In this document: piece after piece, positions 38,724 to 48,492 of the stretch
Position numbering within the stretch: position 1 is the stretch's first letter
Layout: every line of letters begins with the position of its first letter
Assembly: GCA_965237735.1 (NCBI GenBank)
Contig: CBDEFV010000007.1
Coordinates: 143,305 to 207,304 of the forward strand
Direction of reading: 5' to 3'
Length of the DNA: 64,000 bases
Source: Candidatus Porifericomitales bacterium
GTDB taxonomy: Bacteria; Pseudomonadota; Gammaproteobacteria; CBDEFV01
Notes under the pieces: model-generated
Databases searched by the model: none
Told to the model about the DNA's origin: nothing
The model's input: only the letters and a program-made list of their open reading frames with translations
Made by a program: the position numbers and the translations under genes

Positions 38724-40277
38724 ATGGCCAACAAGACTCCTCAGAAAAGGACTCCCGAGAAAATCGAACAAGATATTGTTCAAGCATCAAGGGAGATCAA
38801 GAAAAATCCAAAAAGCGCTGATGCATACAGGCGTCGTGGGGGCCTCTATTTTGAGATAGGCAACTATGATCAAGCCATTGAAGAGTTCTCCCAATCAATC
38901 GAGTTAGGCACGGATCAAAGAAATTCTGAGACTTACAGATTGAGGGGAGCTGCCTACATCAGAAAGGACGCATATGATCAGGCCATTAAAGACCTTAATG
39001 CAGCGATCGATGCAGACCCCGGAAATGCCACGGCATACTACAGCCGTGGATTGGCCTACAATGGGAAGGACGAATATGATCTGGCCATTAAGGACCTTAG
39101 TGTAGCAATTGATGCAAACCCCAAAAATGCCCTGGCATATCTCTACCGTGGATTTGCCTACAATAAAAAGGGGAAATATGATCAGGCCATTGAAGACCTT
39201 AATGTAACGATTGGTGCAGACCCAGAAAATGCTCTGGCATACAGAACCCGAGGAGGTTTCTACGCCGAAAAGGGCGAATATGATCTGGCCATTGAAGATT
39301 TTTCCAAATCAATTGAGTTAGACAAGGATCAAAAAAATGCTGAGACTTACAGATTGAGGGGAACTTCCTACACCATAAAGGGTAAATATGATCTGGCCAT
39401 TAAAGACCTTAATGCAGCGATTGATGCAGACCCCCAAAATGCCCTGTCATACGGAATCCGAGGAGTTGCTCACGCCGAAAGGGGCGAATATGATCTGGCC
39501 ATTAAAGACCTTGATGCAGCGATTGATGCGGACCCAGAAAATGCCTGGGCATACTACAACCGTGGAACTTCCTGCACCATAAAGGGTAGATATGATCAGG
39601 CCATTGAAGACTTCAATGCAGCGATTAAAGCAGACCCAGAAAATGCCATGGCATACTACAACCGTGGAGTTGCCTACACCGAAAAGGGTGAATACGATCT
39701 GGCCATTAAAGACCTTGATGTAGCGATTAAAGCAGACCCAGAAAGTGCCATGGCATACTACAACCGTGGAGTTGCCTACACCAAAAAGGGCGAATATGAT
39801 CAAGCCATTGGAAGCTTTGATGCAGCGATTAAAGCAGGCCCGGAAGATGCTTGGGCATACTACAGCCGTGGAGTTGCCTACATTAAGAAAGATGAATATG
39901 ATCAAGCCATTGCGGACTTCAACGAAGCGATTAAAGTAGACCCCAACAGTGCAACGGCACACTTCTTCCGTGGAGATGCATACAAAGAGAAAGGCGAATA
40001 TGATCGCGCCATTGAAGACTACAATCGAGTACTTGAGCTAGACCCGAAAAATTCTGAGGCGTACTTCTACCGCGGAATCACCTACATTAAAAAAGGCAAA
40101 TACGACCAAGCCATTGAAAGCTTCAATCAAGCCATTGAGCTAAACCCTGACTATGTGGACGCTTACGAGAAACGCGGCGAAGTTTACCTGATAAAAGGCG
40201 ATCATGACAGAGCAATTGAAGATCTCGACCGAGTGATTGAGCACATTCCCAACGATGTCAGTGAAGGGCAAACATGA
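38724..40277 (+). CDS. Tetratricopeptide-repeat protein (about 14 consecutive 34-aa TPR units)
   Basis: Repeating unit A.AYYNRG.AY..KGEYD.AI.DL..AI.ADP.NA. Several 102-bp units are nearly identical at the nucleotide level (e.g. 39651 vs 39753). Confidence 0.85.
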   Translation: MANKTPQKRTPEKIEQDIVQASREIKKNPKSADAYRRRGGLYFEIGNYDQAIEEFSQSIELGTDQRNSETYRLRGAAYIRKDAYDQAIKDLNAAIDADPGNATAYYSRGLAYNGKDEYDLAIKDLSVAIDANPKNALAYLYRGFAYNKKGKYDQAIEDLNVTIGADPENALAYRTRGGFYAEKGEYDLAIEDFSKSIELDKDQKNAETYRLRGTSYTIKGKYDLAIKDLNAAIDADPQNALSYGIRGVAHAERGEYDLAIKDLDAAIDADPENAWAYYNRGTSCTIKGRYDQAIEDFNAAIKADPENAMAYYNRGVAYTEKGEYDLAIKDLDVAIKADPESAMAYYNRGVAYTKKGEYDQAIGSFDAAIKAGPEDAWAYYSRGVAYIKKDEYDQAIADFNEAIKVDPNSATAHFFRGDAYKEKGEYDRAIEDYNRVLELDPKNSEAYFYRGITYIKKGKYDQAIESFNQAIELNPDYVDAYEKRGEVYLIKGDHDRAIEDLDRVIEHIPNDVSEGQT

Positions 40278-40301
40278 CCACGGATCTGAGGATTCACTTG
40301 A

Positions 40302-41024
40302 GTGAGTGACCAGCAAAGACATCGCTATGCGGTGACATACTATAATCGTGGGCTCGCCTACTTCAAAAAAGGCGACTTTGACAGTGCCTGTAAAGATTTT
40401 GAAAAAGTGATCGGTTTAGACCCTAACAACACCACTTCCTCTTTGGCGCGCCAGGGTCTTGAGATAATCGAGGCTTTTCAGAATGTACTTGGCCCTCGGA
40501 CGATTGAAGTTACATTTGGCCAAAGGGAGAATAAATATTTGCAGAGAAAAGCACTTTTGCAGAAACAGTATAATATGGCCTTGTGGGTAATTGGCTTTAT
40601 TGTCTTTGCGGTTATCCTCGTCGCTGCGTGTGTTGCTATAAAAATTCTTTCTGTAGATCTTACTTATGAGAAGTATCTCATAGTTGCCTCGGCAGCTTTT
40701 CTCTCACTCCCTTGGCTATGCTTGCCTTTATTTCTATGGTTGAAAAGCTTGAGCAGGGAAATACGCATTACGCAAGTATGTGTAGAAGATTACTTTCGCA
40801 AGCGGATACTGCTTACCCATGCCTTGTTACATCCATTTGGTTCGCTGGCACGAACTGAGTTGATTCAACAAACACATGCCCATTTTTCAGAGAAAAGCGC
40901 GGCTGAGTTCATAGCACAGATGGATGCTAAGACAAAAACGTCCGATCTGCACCCCATTGTTAGCCTTTTGTTAGATGAGAGGAGAAAAGCCAGCAATAAG
41001 AAACTACAGAGCGAAGAATCTTAA
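40302..41024 (+). CDS. TPR-domain membrane protein
   Basis: One N-terminal TPR unit (YAVTYYNRGLAYFKKGDFDSACKDFEKVIGLDPNN) then two hydrophobic helices (LWVIGFIVFAVILVAACVAI; AFLSLPWLCLPLFLWL). Confidence 0.6.
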   Translation: MSDQQRHRYAVTYYNRGLAYFKKGDFDSACKDFEKVIGLDPNNTTSSLARQGLEIIEAFQNVLGPRTIEVTFGQRENKYLQRKALLQKQYNMALWVIGFIVFAVILVAACVAIKILSVDLTYEKYLIVASAAFLSLPWLCLPLFLWLKSLSREIRITQVCVEDYFRKRILLTHALLHPFGSLARTELIQQTHAHFSEKSAAEFIAQMDAKTKTSDLHPIVSLLLDERRKASNKKLQSEES

Positions 41025-41239
41025 AACCACAACCCCTGCCGAGGCGGAGCGGGCAAACCTTGAAGACCTGAAGGGCCGCCGGCGCGCCGAGACTTGGAGC
41101 GAAGTCGTCCGCTGCCGAGAGAAGACCGCAGAGAGATTGCGGAAGATTCGAGTCAAAGGGGGATTCGGAATGATGGATAGTGTAGGATGGAATAGCCTTT
41201 AAGCTTTCAGCTTCCATCCTCAATTCAGGAGATTCCAAC

Positions 41240-41368
41240 ATGGCAAATCTAAACAAGGCCCTGTCTGTCAGCCGACTTGGAAAGGGAGTTGTAAAGGAAG
41301 CAGTAAAGGAATCCGCCGCCCGTGAGGCCGGCCCGGAGTACCTGAAAACGACAAAACAAATGGTTTGA
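41240..41368 (+). CDS. Small ORF (42 aa) coupled to the PLD-SNF2 gene
   Basis: MANLNKALSVSRLGKGVVKEAVKESAAREAGPEYLKTTKQMV. Strong Shine-Dalgarno (caggagattccaacATG). Its TGA stop overlaps the ATG of the downstream gene (TGATG). Too short for the ORF track. Confidence 0.4.
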   Translation: MANLNKALSVSRLGKGVVKEAVKESAAREAGPEYLKTTKQMV

Positions 41369-44300
41369 TGGCAAAAACACCCATGCTTCCCTCAGGCATT
41401 CGAGATAACCGCGACCGAGGCTCAGCCGGCGAGCACCTCGCCGGCCTGCTGGAGGCAAAGTCCCATTTATCGATCGTCTCGGCCTATTTCACGATTCATG
41501 CATACGGCGAGCTGAAGGAGGAGCTGGAGCAGATTGACAACCTGCACTTTCTCTTCGGAGAGCCGAGCTTTCTCGGCTCCCTGGGCAGGGAACAGAGAGA
41601 GTCCAGGGAATTCAGCCTGACCGAGCAGGGGCTCAAGCTGGTCAATCAGCTTCGCCAGAGCAGGCTCGCCAAGGACTGTGCCGGCTGGATCAGGCGAAAG
41701 GTTAAAATTCGCTCTGTGCGGGAAAAGTTCCTGCACGGAAAGATGTATCACATCAAAAATGGCGAAGACAGCCACGCCCTGCTCGGCAGTTCCAATTTCA
41801 CCGCGGCGGGGTTGGGTCTCAATGAGGGGGGCAATGTAGAACTGAATCTGGTGGTGGACAGCAGGCGGGACCGCGACGATCTGCGTGCCTGGTTCGACGA
41901 GTGGTGGAGCGACGAAACGGCGACCGAGGACGTGAAAGACGCTGTTCTACAGGAGTTGGAAGCTCTTTATTCCGATCAGAAACCGGAGTTTATCTACTAC
42001 CTGACACTTTTTCACATCTTCAAGGATTACCTCGACAGCGAAAAGGACGCCGCATCCGACATTGAACAGATTGCACTGCCGGACACGGACGTCTGGGAAA
42101 AACTATACGCCTTCCAAAAAGACGGCGCCAAGGCGGCAATCAACAAGATCAAGCGTTTCAACGGCTGTATTCTTGCCGATAGCGTGGGGTTGGGCAAGAC
42201 GTTCACGGCCCTGGCGGTCATCAAGTACTTTGAACTCAGAAATGAGCGTGTGCTGGTGCTCTGCCCCAAGAGGCTGGAACGAAACTGGACCATCTACCGC
42301 GACAACACCGAATACAACCCATTCATAGACGATCGCTTCAGGTACGATGTTCTCTCCCATACCGATCTCTCGCGGGAGGGCGGCCACGCGGACAGAATGG
42401 ATCTCGCCACCTTGAGCTGGGGGAACTACGACCTCCTCGTCATCGATGAGTCCCACAACTTCAGAAACAACAACGCCAGCCGAGACCCGCAGCCGGGTGA
42501 GATGCAACCCGACGACAAACCAAGAAAAACGCGCTATGAAAAGCTGATCGAAGACGTCATTAAAGCGGGCATAAACACAAAAGTGCTGCTGCTTTCGGCC
42601 ACGCCGGTGAACAACAATATTTTCGACCTGCGCAACCAGATTTCACTCATTGCCGGCGGCGACGTCTTCCGGGACTCCCATGCGGATGCTGTGTTCAGGG
42701 AACACCTCGATCTTCAGTCCGTGAAAGAGACGACCAGAATAGCTCAGCAGAGATTCACCCAGTGGTCAATGAACCCCCAGAGGGACAGTCGTGATTTGTT
42801 GGAGAGCATCGGCGCTGATTTTTTCAAATTGCTGGACGGGCTGAGCATTGCCCGCTCCCGCAGGCAGATCATGCAACACTACAAGGAAGACATGGACAGG
42901 CTCGGCAAGTTCCCGGAACGCCCGCCGCCCCGCTCCATTTATTCCCCAATCGACCAAAAGGACGAGTATTTTTCGTTCGAGCAGATCAATGAAAAGATCA
43001 AGAAACTAAAGCTCGCACTATACCACCCTAGCGGGTATCTGCTTCCCGACCTGCCGACTGAGATCAGAAAAAGATACGAAGGCAGGGTGCTGGGCGGATT
43101 CACCCAGGAAAGGCGAGAGAAGATTCTCATCGGCATGATGAGGGTCAATTTCCTCAAACGGTTGGAGAGCTCGGTGCATTCATTCTGTCTTACACTGCAT
43201 CGAACCATCGGAAAGATCGATGAATTGCTACAGAAGTTCGACGAATTCGAGGAGCATCGGCAGGAAAACCAGGAGATCGATTACGACGAATTCCTGGACC
43301 CGGACAGGTTGGATGATCCTGAATTGGAAAGCAGCGAGTTTGTCGTCGGAAAAAAGCGAAAATTCCGCCTGGCCGACATCGACATCCCCAAATGGCGGAG
43401 AGCGGTTAGCGGCGATCGGGAAACCCTTGGACATCTTTGGGCCAGGACCGAGAAAATCGGGCCTGAGCGGGATGAGAAGCTGGCGCGTCTCCGCAAAGAA
43501 ATCTTCCGCAAGCTGAATCATCCGACAACCACCAACAAGTACGGGCGCGAGAACCGCAAGGTTTTGATCTTTACGGCTTTTGCCGACACCGCCGGTTATC
43601 TTTACGACAACCTGCATCAAGAAATCCAAGGCATGGGTACTCATACAGCGTTGCTTCGCGGCGATGGAGGCAACAGAACAACCATGAGCACTGGTAGGGA
43701 TTACGACAACATCCTTACCAACTTCAGTCCCATTTCAAAAGGAAAAGAAAAACCTGAAGACCCGCCGAGTGAGCAGATTGATGTGCTGATCGCTACAGAC
43801 TGCATCTCAGAGGGGCAAAACCTGCAGGACTGCGACCTGCTGATCAACTACGACATCCATTGGAACCCCGTGAAAATCATCCAGCGGTTCGGGCGCATCG
43901 ACCGCATCGGTTCTCTCAACGAGGAGGTTCATCTGATTAATTTCTGGCCAACAGAGGATCTGGAGTCATACCTTAATCTTCAGCGCCGGGTCGAAGATCG
44001 CATGGCATTGGTCGATGTGTCAGCCACGCAGACGGACAACGTGCTGCAGATCCCTGAAACCAAGGAAGGAAGCGACGGCCAAATCACGGACGTCAGTCCG
44101 CCCTACGAAGCGGAGGGCCCTGAAGTCGGGAAACTCGTCGAGAACGACCTGCGGTTTCGAGATGAGCAGCTGAAGCGCATAAAAGAAGAGATTCTCGATC
44201 TTGAAGACTTTGAAGACAACATTGCCCTGTCCGACTTTTCGCTGGATGAGTTTCGCTCTGACCTGCTGCAGTTCCTCGAAGAGCGCCGAAAAGAACTGGA

Positions 44301-44760
44301 AGCGGCCAACCCGGGGCTCTACGCGGTGGTGCCGCCCGTTGAAGACAATCCGGCCGCCAAACCCGGCGTCGTCTTCTGCCTGCGACACCTGAGGCAATCC
44401 GGGTCAGACGATGCGAAAGTCATCAACCCCCTGGGGTGTTATTACCTGATTTATGTCCTGGACGACGGCACTGTGCGTTTTGCCTTCACCCAGCCCAAAC
44501 AGGCACTGAGTTTGCTGCGCAGCGTCGCGCGGGGGCATAAGGAGGCCCTCAGGGATTTGTGCCGCCAGTTCGATGAAGCGACTCAGGACGGCCGTGATAT
44601 GGAGCGATACGACACTCTGATCAAGAAGGCGTTGAAATCAATTAAATACACTTTTGATCAGCGAAATTTGGGCAATCTTTTTTCAGGGCGCGGTGGCAAA
44701 CTCGCCAGTACAAGCCAAGTGCCCTCGGAATCTGAAGAGGAGTACGAGTTGCTCACCTAG
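41368..44760 (+). CDS. Phospholipase-D-like (HKD) nuclease domain fused to an SNF2-family helicase
   Basis: N-terminal HKD motif HGKMYHI..GSSNFTAAG. The helicase motifs are ILADSVGLGKTFTA (I), LLVIDESHNFRN (II), LLLSATPVNNN (III) and LIATDCISEGQNLQDCD..QRFGRIDRIGS (V-VI). Confidence 0.85.
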   Translation: MAKTPMLPSGIRDNRDRGSAGEHLAGLLEAKSHLSIVSAYFTIHAYGELKEELEQIDNLHFLFGEPSFLGSLGREQRESREFSLTEQGLKLVNQLRQSRLAKDCAGWIRRKVKIRSVREKFLHGKMYHIKNGEDSHALLGSSNFTAAGLGLNEGGNVELNLVVDSRRDRDDLRAWFDEWWSDETATEDVKDAVLQELEALYSDQKPEFIYYLTLFHIFKDYLDSEKDAASDIEQIALPDTDVWEKLYAFQKDGAKAAINKIKRFNGCILADSVGLGKTFTALAVIKYFELRNERVLVLCPKRLERNWTIYRDNTEYNPFIDDRFRYDVLSHTDLSREGGHADRMDLATLSWGNYDLLVIDESHNFRNNNASRDPQPGEMQPDDKPRKTRYEKLIEDVIKAGINTKVLLLSATPVNNNIFDLRNQISLIAGGDVFRDSHADAVFREHLDLQSVKETTRIAQQRFTQWSMNPQRDSRDLLESIGADFFKLLDGLSIARSRRQIMQHYKEDMDRLGKFPERPPPRSIYSPIDQKDEYFSFEQINEKIKKLKLALYHPSGYLLPDLPTEIRKRYEGRVLGGFTQERREKILIGMMRVNFLKRLESSVHSFCLTLHRTIGKIDELLQKFDEFEEHRQENQEIDYDEFLDPDRLDDPELESSEFVVGKKRKFRLADIDIPKWRRAVSGDRETLGHLWARTEKIGPERDEKLARLRKEIFRKLNHPTTTNKYGRENRKVLIFTAFADTAGYLYDNLHQEIQGMGTHTALLRGDGGNRTTMSTGRDYDNILTNFSPISKGKEKPEDPPSEQIDVLIATDCISEGQNLQDCDLLINYDIHWNPVKIIQRFGRIDRIGSLNEEVHLINFWPTEDLESYLNLQRRVEDRMALVDVSATQTDNVLQIPETKEGSDGQITDVSPPYEAEGPEVGKLVENDLRFRDEQLKRIKEEILDLEDFEDNIALSDFSLDEFRSDLLQFLEERRKELEAANPGLYAVVPPVEDNPAAKPGVVFCLRHLRQSGSDDAKVINPLGCYYLIYVLDDGTVRFAFTQPKQALSLLRSVARGHKEALRDLCRQFDEATQDGRDMERYDTLIKKALKSIKYTFDQRNLGNLFSGRGGKLASTSQVPSESEEEYELLT

Positions 44761-44779
44761 GTTGTCATCCTTGCACCTG

Positions 44780-45157
44780 ATGCCTGACAGCCGCCGACAG
44801 GCCATTCAGGCAGCGCTTGAGGGGTTCAGCCCCGTTGAACTGCGTAGGTCCAGCCTGGCGATTCTCAATGCGCTGGGATATCCAGGCGACAGGACGCCAG
44901 GGATTTCCGATTCACCGGAGGAGTTCAAGGAATTTGCGAAAGACAAATGGCCAAACTTCAATGAAGACAAAGCGCGATTCAACGAATGGAAGCAAGCCAG
45001 CATCCTTTTTCAACTGACAGACGAAGATTTGAGCGATCGGCATGCAACCATGTTAAGTAAAAAATTCGATGCAGGAAGAATTCAGTCCTACGTTTTTTTC
45101 GCCATCGAATTGGATGGAAGCCGCTACTCCAGAACTGCTCTTTTCCGATGCCCGTGA
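44780..45157 (+). pseudogene. Probable N-terminal fragment of the PglX-like methyltransferase (frame-shifted relative to 45148..48492), or a separate small gene
   Basis: MPDSRRQAIQAALEGFSPVELRRSSLAILNALGYP..EEFKEFAKDKW resembles the extreme N-terminus of BREX PglX / DISARM DrmMI methyltransferases. It ends 9 nt after the start of the methyltransferase ORF, in a different frame. Confidence 0.4.
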
Positions 45158-48100
45158 TGGTCTTTTTCAGTTACGGCGGCAAAGTTTCCATTGCCATCAT
45201 CAACCGCCGGCGCAATCAAATTCATCAAGACAGGGATGTTCTCGGCAAAGTCACTTTGATGCAAGATATAGATGTCTTCGAGCCGCATCGAGGCCATCTA
45301 CAAATTTTGGAATCTTTTTCAGCCGATGTACTTCGCAGAGATCAGACGGTAGATAGTTTTGATTCGTTGCACGCCGCTTGGGAGAAGGCGCTTAGCGTTG
45401 AGTTGCTTAACAAGCGCTTTTATCTCGAGCTGTCCAATTGGTACTTCTGGGCATCCGGTAAGGTGGAATTCCCCGACGACATTGAAAAGGATCAAGAGAC
45501 ACGCAATGCGACCAGCTTAATTCGTTTGATCACCCGATTGATCTTCTGCTGGTTTCTTAAGGAGAAGGGGCTGATCCCGAAGGATCTGTTTGAGGAAGAA
45601 AAACTTGAAACGGTTCTGATAGATATGAAGAAAGGTGAATCATCAACCTTTTACCAGGCAATCTTGCAAAACCTGTTCTTCGCCACACTAAACCAGCGGA
45701 TGAACACCGATCAGGAGGCACACCGCAAGTTTGCCCAAGATGCGGACCTTCATACAAACAAAAAAGAGTATGGGGTCAAAAATATTTATCGATACAGAGA
45801 CCAATTCCAAGATGTTGGCAGGGCGCTTGATCTATTCAGGGACATTCCATTCCTTAATGGCGGTCTGTTTGAGTGCCTGGACCGCGAAGATGAGGAGGGA
45901 AGAGTGCAATATCTGGATGGCTTTTCGCGCAACCCCAAGAAACAGTCAAAGGTGCCCGACTATCTGTTTTTCGGGGACGAGCAGGTTGTTGATCTCAACA
46001 AGTTTTTTCAGGAAAACAATAAGAGAGGCAAAAAACAAAAAGTTCGAGGCCTGATTCATATTTTGAGCGACTATAAGTTCACCATTGTCGAGAACACGCC
46101 TATCGAACAGGAAACCGCGCTGGATCCTGAGCTCCTCGGCCTGGTATTCGAGAACCTGCTCGCCCTCTACAATCCCGAAACGAAGACGACAGCACGCAAA
46201 AAAACCGGCTCCTTCTATACCCCCCGCCCTGTAGTGGACTACATGGTCACTGAATCGCTTAAAATGCACCTCACTACAGCATTGACCGAAACAGGCATGG
46301 CTGAAAAAAGGACCCAAACCAAACTCAAGGCTCTCTTTGCCTACGCCGAGCACGGACACGGGCTCAAAGAAGCGGAAGTCGATACTCTTCTTGGTGCCAT
46401 CCATACCTGCAAAATACTCGACCCTGCTTGTGGTTCTGGTGCGTTTCCAATGGGTATGCTGCAGAGATTGGTCTTTGTCATCCAAAAGCTCGACCCGAAC
46501 AACAGTAAATGGAAGAAGCTCCAAATTGACAAGGCGAAGGAGATTCCTGACTCCTCTGCCCGTAAGGCCGCTATTGATGCCATAGAAAAAGATTTTGCCG
46601 ATAACGAGGACGGCTATGGCCGCAAACTCTACCTTATTGAGAACTGCTTATACGGTGTGGATATTCAACCGATCGCTATCCAGATATCAAAATTGCGCTT
46701 CTTTATTTCGCTGATCTGTGATCAGAAGACTAACCGCAACAATACCGAGAACCGCGGAATCCGGCCACTGCCTAATTTGGAAACTAAATTCGTCGTTGCC
46801 GACACGCTTATCAGTCTCGGGATTACCAGGCAACTCGACGTTTTGGTTGACAATGATAAAGTCAAGGAGATAGAAGAAAAACTCCAACGCGTTCGTCATG
46901 ATCACTTCACTGCCGACAAACGCGAACGTCGGCTTGAACTTCAGAGAGAAGACCGAGAACATCGCGATGACTTGGCCGAGGCACTGAAAGAAGGCGGGGC
47001 AGAGGAAATAATCAGACGCAAACTTGCCGATTGGAACCCCTACGATCCTCAGGAATCTGCCGATTTTTTCGAGCCTCGCTGGATGTTTGACAAAACTGTT
47101 AAGGATGGATTTGATGTAGTCATCGGCAACCCACCCTACATGAGAATCCAAGGTATTCGGCAAGTCTCACCAATTGCTGCTGATTACTATAAGAAGCACT
47201 ATAAGAAATCGGCAACTGGTTCCTTTGACCTTTATGTCATCTTCATGGAGCGAGGCATGAGCCTGCTTAAACCCAACGGCATACTCAATTACATCAATCC
47301 AGATAAATGGGTGAATGCAGCCTTTGGTAAGGGTATCCGAGGATATTCTGTCGAGAATAAAAGTGTGCATCGTTTGATTAGTTTCGGAGCACACAAGGTT
47401 TTCTCGGCACATACCTATTCTTCGTTGCTCTGGATGGGCAAAAAGCCAACAGATTCTATCCGCCTTGCCCGGCTTGATCCTGATGTTTCCAAATTGATTC
47501 TGATTGATGAGGAACTGGACAAACTATCAGATCAGGGTTTCACATCAATCCCATTTGATAGTCTTACAGATAGACCGTGGATTCTTATTGCTGGGGATGC
47601 TGCTGAGGCGGCGATGGACGCTATTCAGAGATCTTCCCGGACTGTTAGCGATATTTTTTCAAACATATTCCAAGGTATCGCAAGTAGCAAGGATTCTGTT
47701 TATTTTCTCAAAAGAGCCGAAGACTGCGGAAGTTTCTTCAAAGCCTATTCGGATGAACTTGACGAAGTCATCAAGATAGAAAAGTGGTTGGTAAAGCCGT
47801 TATTGTATGGCGAGCAAGTTCATCGCTATGAATGTCTTGGAACAGATAACGTTGTTGTATTTCCATATGATCTTGGGAACGATGATCTTCCGGCAACAAG
47901 ATCCCTGATGACTGCTGGAGATATTCAGACCAAGTTTCCCATGGGTTGGGAATACTTGGAGCGATGCGAGGAAGCGTTGAGGAGCCGTGAAAGTGGCCGT
48001 CTTAGCAATGACAATAATTGGTATCGCTATATCTATCCCAAGAATTTGCGATTGTTTCGGCTACCCAAGCTTCTCGCTCCCGACATCTCTTTCGGCGGAA

Positions 48101-48492
48101 ATTTTTCGATAGATGAAATTGGTAAGTTTTATACAACCACAACACTATACGGATACATCAAAAGACCTCATATTCGAGAAAGCTATAAATTCCTTCTCGC
48201 GGTGCTAAACAGTAAAGTGCTCTGGTTCTATGTGAAAAATTCAGGAAGTGTTCTGGCTAAAGGATATTATCGCTACACGCCCGGGTATTTAAAAAATTTT
48301 CCGATCCCAGAAGTATCTGATAGTAAGCAGGAGCCGTTCATTCGCTTGGTTGATCAAACCTTGCAGGCTAAGGCCGACAATGGGAATGCCGATACCAGCG
48401 AGCAGGAAGCCGAGATTGACAAGCTAGTCTATGAGCTCTACGGCCTGACTGCCGAAGAAATTACAATCATCGAAGAAAAAAGCAGGGCATGA
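45148..48492 (+). CDS. N6-adenine DNA methyltransferase, gamma class, of the PglX / DrmMI / MmeI-like family
   Basis: Helical-region signature LLNKRFYLELSNWYF and SLIRLITRLIFCWFLKEKGLIP. Motif I is ILDPACGSGAFPMG, motif IV is DVVIGNPPYM, and there is a long C-terminal target-recognition region. 1114 aa. Confidence 0.85.
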   Translation: MPVMVFFSYGGKVSIAIINRRRNQIHQDRDVLGKVTLMQDIDVFEPHRGHLQILESFSADVLRRDQTVDSFDSLHAAWEKALSVELLNKRFYLELSNWYFWASGKVEFPDDIEKDQETRNATSLIRLITRLIFCWFLKEKGLIPKDLFEEEKLETVLIDMKKGESSTFYQAILQNLFFATLNQRMNTDQEAHRKFAQDADLHTNKKEYGVKNIYRYRDQFQDVGRALDLFRDIPFLNGGLFECLDREDEEGRVQYLDGFSRNPKKQSKVPDYLFFGDEQVVDLNKFFQENNKRGKKQKVRGLIHILSDYKFTIVENTPIEQETALDPELLGLVFENLLALYNPETKTTARKKTGSFYTPRPVVDYMVTESLKMHLTTALTETGMAEKRTQTKLKALFAYAEHGHGLKEAEVDTLLGAIHTCKILDPACGSGAFPMGMLQRLVFVIQKLDPNNSKWKKLQIDKAKEIPDSSARKAAIDAIEKDFADNEDGYGRKLYLIENCLYGVDIQPIAIQISKLRFFISLICDQKTNRNNTENRGIRPLPNLETKFVVADTLISLGITRQLDVLVDNDKVKEIEEKLQRVRHDHFTADKRERRLELQREDREHRDDLAEALKEGGAEEIIRRKLADWNPYDPQESADFFEPRWMFDKTVKDGFDVVIGNPPYMRIQGIRQVSPIAADYYKKHYKKSATGSFDLYVIFMERGMSLLKPNGILNYINPDKWVNAAFGKGIRGYSVENKSVHRLISFGAHKVFSAHTYSSLLWMGKKPTDSIRLARLDPDVSKLILIDEELDKLSDQGFTSIPFDSLTDRPWILIAGDAAEAAMDAIQRSSRTVSDIFSNIFQGIASSKDSVYFLKRAEDCGSFFKAYSDELDEVIKIEKWLVKPLLYGEQVHRYECLGTDNVVVFPYDLGNDDLPATRSLMTAGDIQTKFPMGWEYLERCEEALRSRESGRLSNDNNWYRYIYPKNLRLFRLPKLLAPDISFGGNFSIDEIGKFYTTTTLYGYIKRPHIRESYKFLLAVLNSKVLWFYVKNSGSVLAKGYYRYTPGYLKNFPIPEVSDSKQEPFIRLVDQTLQAKADNGNADTSEQEAEIDKLVYELYGLTAEEITIIEEKSRA

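Noticed and set aside
38724-40277. Periodic ~102-bp repeats that look like a CRISPR-like array on a quick scan.
   Set aside because: The repeats are in-frame coding TPR units with no separate spacers. They have no palindromic repeat structure and no cas genes nearby. No CRISPR array is present anywhere in the window.
44103-44397. Minus-strand ORFs (68-125 aa) inside the SNF2 gene.
   Set aside because: They are antisense to a strongly supported helicase gene, have no motifs and are Ser/Arg-rich and low-complexity.
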